From NCBI GenBank assembly GCA_050010495.1, contig JBEKKW010000003.1, positions 13,051 through 77,050 on the forward strand: a stretch of DNA of 64,000 bases, written 5' to 3'. Below the pieces are notes generated by a model. The model was not told the DNA's origin and did not search any database. It worked only from the letters and a program-made list of their open reading frames with translations. Positions within the stretch are counted from its first letter, which is position 1. Each line of letters starts with the position of its first letter. Origin of the DNA: Acidimicrobiales bacterium (GTDB taxonomy: Bacteria; Actinomycetota; Acidimicrobiia; Acidimicrobiales; RAAP-2). Below, piece by piece: positions 59,093 through 64,000 of this stretch. A program made the translations under genes and the position numbers.

Positions 59093-59967
59093 GCACGCTC
59101 GAATCCCCGACGCACGCCCCCGAGGCGGGAACCGACGTGCACCTCTCCGGCGTCGTCCACCTCTACTCGTCGCTCGAGGGCGAGGTCGTCGCCCTTCGCG
59201 GGATCGACCTCGACATCAGGGCGGGTGAGTCAATCGCGCTGCTGGGCCCCTCGGGCGCCGGCAAGTCGACGGTGCTCGGACTGCTCGCGGGTGAGTTCGC
59301 GCCGTCGGCCGGGTCGGTGCGTATCGGCGAGCACGACGTCGGCAAGCTGAGCGCCGACGTGCTCTCTCGTCTGCGGGCCCGTGACATCTCACTGGTGGTC
59401 CAGGGCGCGTCGGCGAACCTGCTGTCGTACGCGACGGCGCTCGAAAACGTGTGGTTCGCCCAGCACGGCGCGCGGCGTCGAGGGGACCCCCCATCGCGCA
59501 GCGCGGCGGAGTTGCTCGAGCTCTTCGGTCTGTCGGCGCTCGCCGATCGGCGGATCGACGAGATGTCCATCGGCGAGCGCCAGCGCGTCGCGCTCGTCGC
59601 GGGGGTGGCCGTGCTGCCGCGCCTCCTGCTCGTCGATGAACCGACGAGCCAGCTCGCCAGCGAGGAGCGCGACCAGGTGATCGAAAGCATCCTGGCGATC
59701 CATCGAGAGATCGGCCTGACCGTCATCGTGGTCACCCACGACGCGGAGGTCGCCAGTCGATTTGAACGCACCGTGACGATCCGCGACGGTCGGGTCGGAG
59801 CGGAGGGGCGCTACGGCGTCGAGTACGCCGTGGTCGGTCGCGATGGCAGCTTGCACCTGCCCCTCCAGGTTCTTGACCTCCTGCCACCGGACAGCCTGGT
59901 GCGGGTCATTCGACTTGCCAACGGCGTCGAACTGCGCCGCGCCGACGAGCAGGATCTGGCGCCGTGA
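59089..59967 (+). CDS. ABC ATP-binding protein with a degenerate signature motif and a ~50-aa C-terminal extension
   Basis: Walker A GPSGAGKST and Walker B LLLVDEPTS, but the signature reads MSIGERQR instead of LSGGQ. The tail is GRDGSLHLPLQVLDLLPPDSLVRVIRLANGVELR. Confidence 0.9.
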   Translation: MSTLESPTHAPEAGTDVHLSGVVHLYSSLEGEVVALRGIDLDIRAGESIALLGPSGAGKSTVLGLLAGEFAPSAGSVRIGEHDVGKLSADVLSRLRARDISLVVQGASANLLSYATALENVWFAQHGARRRGDPPSRSAAELLELFGLSALADRRIDEMSIGERQRVALVAGVAVLPRLLLVDEPTSQLASEERDQVIESILAIHREIGLTVIVVTHDAEVASRFERTVTIRDGRVGAEGRYGVEYAVVGRDGSLHLPLQVLDLLPPDSLVRVIRLANGVELRRADEQDLAP

Positions 59968-60599
59968 GCGGAGCGCAACTGCGAGCCGCCGCGGTCGGCA
60001 TGGACGTGGACGGACGTCGACTCTTCGACGACGTCAGCTTCCGCGTCGCGTCCGCAGAGTTGCTCGTGATCACCGGCGCCTCAGGATCGGGCAAGACGAC
60101 CCTCGCTCACGCGCTCGCCGGGATCGTCGAGCCAGATCGAGGCGAGATCACCATCGCGGGCGCGCCAGTGAGGACGCTGCACGGTTCCACCGACCGGCCC
60201 GCACTGGTGACGCAGGACTTCGGCCTCGTGCCGGTACTCACGGCCGCCGAATCGGTCTCGCTTCCGCTGCAGGTGCGTGCGCTTGCCAAGGACGAGATTC
60301 GTGAACGCGTGTCGATCTGGCTTGACGCGCTGGGCCTTCAATCGTGCGCGAGCCGCACCGTCGCCGAGCTGTCGGGTGGTCAGCGACAGCGCGTCGCGAT
60401 CGCGCGGGCGCTGGTGAAGGGGGCCGACGTGATCGTCATGGACGAGCCCACCGCCGAGCTCGACGCGGTGAACCGCGCCATTGTCTTGTCGCTCATCGCC
60501 ATCGAGCTCGCCCGAGGCGCGGCGATCGTCGTCGTGTCCCACGAAGCCGAAGTCATCGCCCGCGCCAACGTCGTCTACGAACTGCCGGCACCTCAGTGA
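59964..60599 (+). CDS. ABC ATP-binding protein (canonical motifs), second ATPase of the same system
   Basis: Motifs GASGSGKTT, LSGGQRQRVAIARAL, VIVMDEPTAELD and VVVSHE. GTGA overlap with the upstream gene. Confidence 0.85.
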   Translation: MSGAQLRAAAVGMDVDGRRLFDDVSFRVASAELLVITGASGSGKTTLAHALAGIVEPDRGEITIAGAPVRTLHGSTDRPALVTQDFGLVPVLTAAESVSLPLQVRALAKDEIRERVSIWLDALGLQSCASRTVAELSGGQRQRVAIARALVKGADVIVMDEPTAELDAVNRAIVLSLIAIELARGAAIVVVSHEAEVIARANVVYELPAPQ

Positions 60600-60681
60600 C
60601 GCGACCGCGACGTTGCCAGCTCGAGAGACACGGTCGTCTGGTCGGCGGCGACGGGACTGGTAACGGCCAATGCGTCCGGCG

Positions 60682-62016
60682 TCAATCGTCGAAGTCACCA
60701 CGTGGCGCGGAACCGAGCATGACCTCGTGTCGTACGGGGTCGCCCCAGAGCGCCGGGATCGCCATCAGGAGCGCTACCGCGACCGCGCTGACCAGCATGA
60801 GCAGGGCGAGACCGTGCGCGTGCAGACGCCCGGTGGTCATGAAGAGCGTGACGAGCGCGACGCCCGACCACGGCACGAAGGCGTAGAGGGACCGCTGGGC
60901 GACGTGGTAGTAGGTGAAGAGGCCGACGACGCCCATCGCGGCCCCTTCGGGCGCCAGGATCCGCAGCAGCATCGGCGCCGCGACGTAGCGGTGGCCGAAC
61001 AGGACGGCGATCACGAGATGCGGGACGAGCGCCATCACGGCTCCGGCCAGGACGCCGAGGCCAATCACGAGGGCCAGCGCCTGGCGAAGCTCGTGGCGGG
61101 CGCTCGTGCCGTCGGCGTGGTGCGCCGTGAAGCGGGGGTAGGCGACGATGGGCACGGCGACCGAGAGGAACAGGGCGATCTTGCCCGCGGTCGAGGCGAC
61201 CGCGTAGTTGCCCGCCGCAGCGGCGCCGAGCAGGTGGCGCGCGAGTATGACGTCGATCGCCACGAACGTCGCGAAACCGGCCAGTGAGATGAAGGCCCAG
61301 AACGTCTGCGTCAGGTGGAGTTCCAGGATCGTGGGCGATCGCCACGACGGTTCGCGCCGCACCGCAACGAGTATCCACAACGACGTGACCGTGACCCCCG
61401 TGCTCGTCGCCAGGACCGGACCGGCCAGGCCGAAGAGATGGCCCGACAGGGCGAACACCAGCACCAGGACGATGCGCGCGAGGGCGCCCACCACGTTCGC
61501 CACGGCGATGACGCGGAACTTGTAGTGGCCCATGAGCGAGCCGCACAGCGCCGAGCTGACGACGGACGGGGCGAACCACAAGGCGAGCATGAGCACCGGC
61601 ACGAAGCTGGTGAGGCTGAAGTAGCGGTCGATGGCGCCCGAGGCGCCGGCCACGAGCAGCGTCAGGGCGAGCCCGCAGACCGCGAACCAGCCGATGATCC
61701 GACGCGGCGAGGGTTCGCCCATCGCGCGGCGCGCGAGCACCGTGGCGTTCACGACGCCGGCCTGGATCGCGTTGAGCGGGGTGTTGGCGACGGTGACGAT
61801 GCTCAGCAGCGCCGAGATCGCCCCGTAGGACGACGGCGTGAAGAGGCGCCCGACGACGACGAAGAAGCCGAAGTTGGCGACGTTGACGATGGCGTTGGAG
61901 ACGATGAAGGCGGCCTCCTCACCCCTGCCGCGCCGTCCCTTCCACACCACGAACGGAAAGCGCCGAGCGAGCAAGCGACGCAGCGCCGGGCCCTTAACCG
62001 ATTTCGTGGTGGTCAC
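60682..62016 (-). CDS. Polysaccharide/oligosaccharide flippase (MOP superfamily, Wzx-like)
   Basis: 444 aa with about 12-14 hydrophobic segments and the N-terminal pattern IVSNAIVNVANFGFFVVVGRLFTPSSYGAISAL. GTG start 3 nt after the upstream stop. Confidence 0.8.
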   Translation of the reverse strand: MTTTKSVKGPALRRLLARRFPFVVWKGRRGRGEEAAFIVSNAIVNVANFGFFVVVGRLFTPSSYGAISALLSIVTVANTPLNAIQAGVVNATVLARRAMGEPSPRRIIGWFAVCGLALTLLVAGASGAIDRYFSLTSFVPVLMLALWFAPSVVSSALCGSLMGHYKFRVIAVANVVGALARIVLVLVFALSGHLFGLAGPVLATSTGVTVTSLWILVAVRREPSWRSPTILELHLTQTFWAFISLAGFATFVAIDVILARHLLGAAAAGNYAVASTAGKIALFLSVAVPIVAYPRFTAHHADGTSARHELRQALALVIGLGVLAGAVMALVPHLVIAVLFGHRYVAAPMLLRILAPEGAAMGVVGLFTYYHVAQRSLYAFVPWSGVALVTLFMTTGRLHAHGLALLMLVSAVAVALLMAIPALWGDPVRHEVMLGSAPRGDFDD

Positions 62017-62019
62017 GGG

Positions 62020-64000
62020 TCATCGCGTGCAGGCGAAGAGGGTGCGTCCGTACTGGTGCGCGAAGGGGGCGACGTCGTCATGATCGGCGCCGAGCGCACG
62101 AACGGACGTGAAGCTCGTGTTCTCGAGGATCCAGTGCTGGATGTACTGGGTGGTCCACTCGGGCAGCACGAGGCGGAACCACGCCTCGTGGGACTGGCCG
62201 GTGTCGAGGAAGAGCACGTCGCCCGTCACCTTGTCGAGCAGCGCGATCAGCTCCTGCGCGGAGCAGCTGCCTCGGCCCAGTACGAAGTGGTGCAGCATCG
62301 AAAAGCACGAGACGACGTCCACGGTGCTGTTCTGTGCGCGCAGCAACGCAGCGGCGTCGCCGATGGCGAGGCGCGCGGGGTCGAGCTGATAGATCAGTGG
62401 GGCCAGGGTCCGTGACAGCGGGTCCTGATCGATGCCTCTCGCGTCGTAGCCACGCTCGTGCATCGCCGAGACGAACCACCCGTAACAGGCGCCGACGTCC
62501 AGGTAGGTCCGTCTGATCGAGGAGTCCGTCGACGACGGATCGCCGAGGAAGTCGAGCATCATCGAGAGTCGGTCGTTGCAACGTCGCATCAGCGGCCAAG
62601 TCGCGACCTCGGGCAGCGCCACGGGCTGATAGAGCCGCTCCTGGCCGTCGAGCCACGACATGCGCCGAAGCAGTCGCTGCGCCGGCGTCACCGACGTGGG
62701 CCGCTCGACTACAACCTCGACCTCGCGGGCCCCTCGGGCCGCCTCGATGGCGAGGCGATGATGACCGTCTCGTATCTCGAAGCACTCGGATCGGTCGATC
62801 CGGCGCACCCGTGGCAACACGTTGGCGCTGGAGCGGCCGGGCCGGTAGGGAATCGTGCGGCCCTGGTAGCGGTCGAGGAACTCTCGCGCCAGTTGGATCA
62901 ACTCCTCGTCGCTGCGCGCACCGCGGTGGTGGCCCGAGATCGAGGCCGCGGCCCGTACGCGCTTGAAGTAGGCCGTTTCGATCAGCACTTCGTCGTTGTA
63001 GACGGTCGTGCCGATGGTGTCGTGGCGACGTAGCAGGTCGACTTGCGCCGACTCCGTCAGTCGGGTCGAGGGATCGAGCAGCAGGCCCGTCGTCTCGGCG
63101 AAGCGCCGCGCCGACATGCCGTTCCACCCGCCGACGAGCAGACGGTCCGTCGCGACGAACTGGCGTCGATGACGGCTCAGGCGGTCGCGCAGTCGGAACT
63201 GGAGTTGGCGCAGCCACCCCACGGTGCTCAGCGAGAAAGCGAACCGGTAGAGCGCCCAACTGATTCGCTGCACGCTGGGCCGGTCCCCCAGCGTGGCGGG
63301 TGACAGGGACCGGACCAGGGCTCGGGCGCGTCGACGCGCGTCGAGGATCGTTCGAAAGCCGAGCCGCAAGAGGGCGCGAACGCTCGGCGATCGACGGCTC
63401 AGCGCGGCCAGGACGTTCACGGCCCCGCTCGGCGGCGGTGTGGTGCGGGAATCTCGCTCGATCAGCCCGGGGACGTCGCGCCCGGTCCCCGAGACGCCGT
63501 CGAGGATCTTGGACTGCCGCGGCTCCACGCCGTGGTGCCCAGATTCGTGGTACTCGGCTTCCACGTTGACCGTCCAGACGTCGTGGGTCGCGCCGAAGAT
63601 GTTCTCCACCGCCAGCATCGCGGTCAGCATCGAGTGGTCCTGATTGTTGTAGCGGTGCATGCCGTTGCGTCCGACCGGGTGGACGTTGGGTGTCTCGCGG
63701 GCCAGCCACGCGCGGATCACCTCGATGTGCTCGCTGTAGCCCGCGTCGTAGATCGGGTAGGCCTGGGGGACGCGCACGACGAATCCCTTGTCGACGACGT
63801 CGGCGGGGATGAGGCCGATTCGCGTGATCTCCTCCGTCGCGAACGCCACCAGGTCGTCGTCGGACATGCCCCAGAGCTCGTCGCCCTCGAACACGAAGTA
63901 CTCGAGGCCGAGGCACGTGCGGCCGGGCTTGACCATGTCGGGAGACCAGGATCGAAAGTTCTGGACGCGACCGAGCTTCACGGTGGGGTCGTGGACGTAG
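62020..64000 (-). CDS. Fusion protein, 5'-partial: FAD-dependent oxidoreductase C-terminal half, a ParB/Srx-like DGHHR segment and a class I SAM methyltransferase
   Basis: The frame stays open to the window edge (YVHDPTVKLGRVQNF...). It contains GRNGMHRYNNQDHSM, the DGHHR codons at 62755-62769, and the LDVGACYG SAM motif at 62479-62502. There is no in-frame stop between the parts. Confidence 0.75.
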   Translation of the reverse strand, partial: YVHDPTVKLGRVQNFRSWSPDMVKPGRTCLGLEYFVFEGDELWGMSDDDLVAFATEEITRIGLIPADVVDKGFVVRVPQAYPIYDAGYSEHIEVIRAWLARETPNVHPVGRNGMHRYNNQDHSMLTAMLAVENIFGATHDVWTVNVEAEYHESGHHGVEPRQSKILDGVSGTGRDVPGLIERDSRTTPPPSGAVNVLAALSRRSPSVRALLRLGFRTILDARRRARALVRSLSPATLGDRPSVQRISWALYRFAFSLSTVGWLRQLQFRLRDRLSRHRRQFVATDRLLVGGWNGMSARRFAETTGLLLDPSTRLTESAQVDLLRRHDTIGTTVYNDEVLIETAYFKRVRAAASISGHHRGARSDEELIQLAREFLDRYQGRTIPYRPGRSSANVLPRVRRIDRSECFEIRDGHHRLAIEAARGAREVEVVVERPTSVTPAQRLLRRMSWLDGQERLYQPVALPEVATWPLMRRCNDRLSMMLDFLGDPSSTDSSIRRTYLDVGACYGWFVSAMHERGYDARGIDQDPLSRTLAPLIYQLDPARLAIGDAAALLRAQNSTVDVVSCFSMLHHFVLGRGSCSAQELIALLDKVTGDVLFLDTGQSHEAWFRLVLPEWTTQYIQHWILENTSFTSVRALGADHDDVAPFAHQYGRTLFACTR

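Noticed and set aside
62078-63916. A 612-aa alternative-frame ORF on the same strand as the FAD/ParB-like/methyltransferase fusion.
   Set aside because: The translation is extremely Arg/Pro-rich with no domain motifs. The other frame carries all the recognisable signatures.

Overview
High-GC chromosomal segment with gene content typical of Actinomycetota (taxon is an inference). I call about 60 protein-coding genes, tightly packed and often joined by overlapping stop/start codons. Transport dominates: seven ABC systems, plus MFS, LysE and TauE carriers. One-component regulators are common: MarR x2, PadR, GntR/HutC, ArsR, MocR, LacI and three ECF-type sigma factors. I found no rRNA, intact tRNA, CRISPR array or recognisable phage-defence, toxin-antitoxin or secondary-metabolite cluster. 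The one clear mobile element is an IS481-family insertion sequence (46283-47270), lying next to a short AT-rich remnant. No finding amounts to a self-evident new system. The observations I think most deserve follow-up are listed here. (1) A ~5.1-kb module is present twice (1-5109 and 49719-54866); divergence rises from left to right and one internal gene slot has been exchanged. (2) The IS481 copy sits exactly at the left edge of the second copy's transporter, has no target-site duplication, and leaves that transporter without a binding-protein gene. (3) An 11-kb frl-like (Amadori/opine-type) catabolic operon uses a Dpp-type importer and carries three extra enzymes. (4) The same palindromic operator-like motif flanks both ends of a MocR regulator gene. 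The downstream copy faces a ~780-nt ORF-poor, repeat-rich stretch ahead of a LysE exporter. (5) A single reading frame fuses an FAD-oxidoreductase, a ParB/Srx-like DGHHR segment and a SAM-methyltransferase, and is coupled to a polysaccharide flippase. (6) A 1024-aa double-FtsX permease is paired with two different ATPases, one with a degenerate signature motif and an AbrB-like tail. All functional calls rest on motif recognition by eye in the supplied translations. No database search was run.
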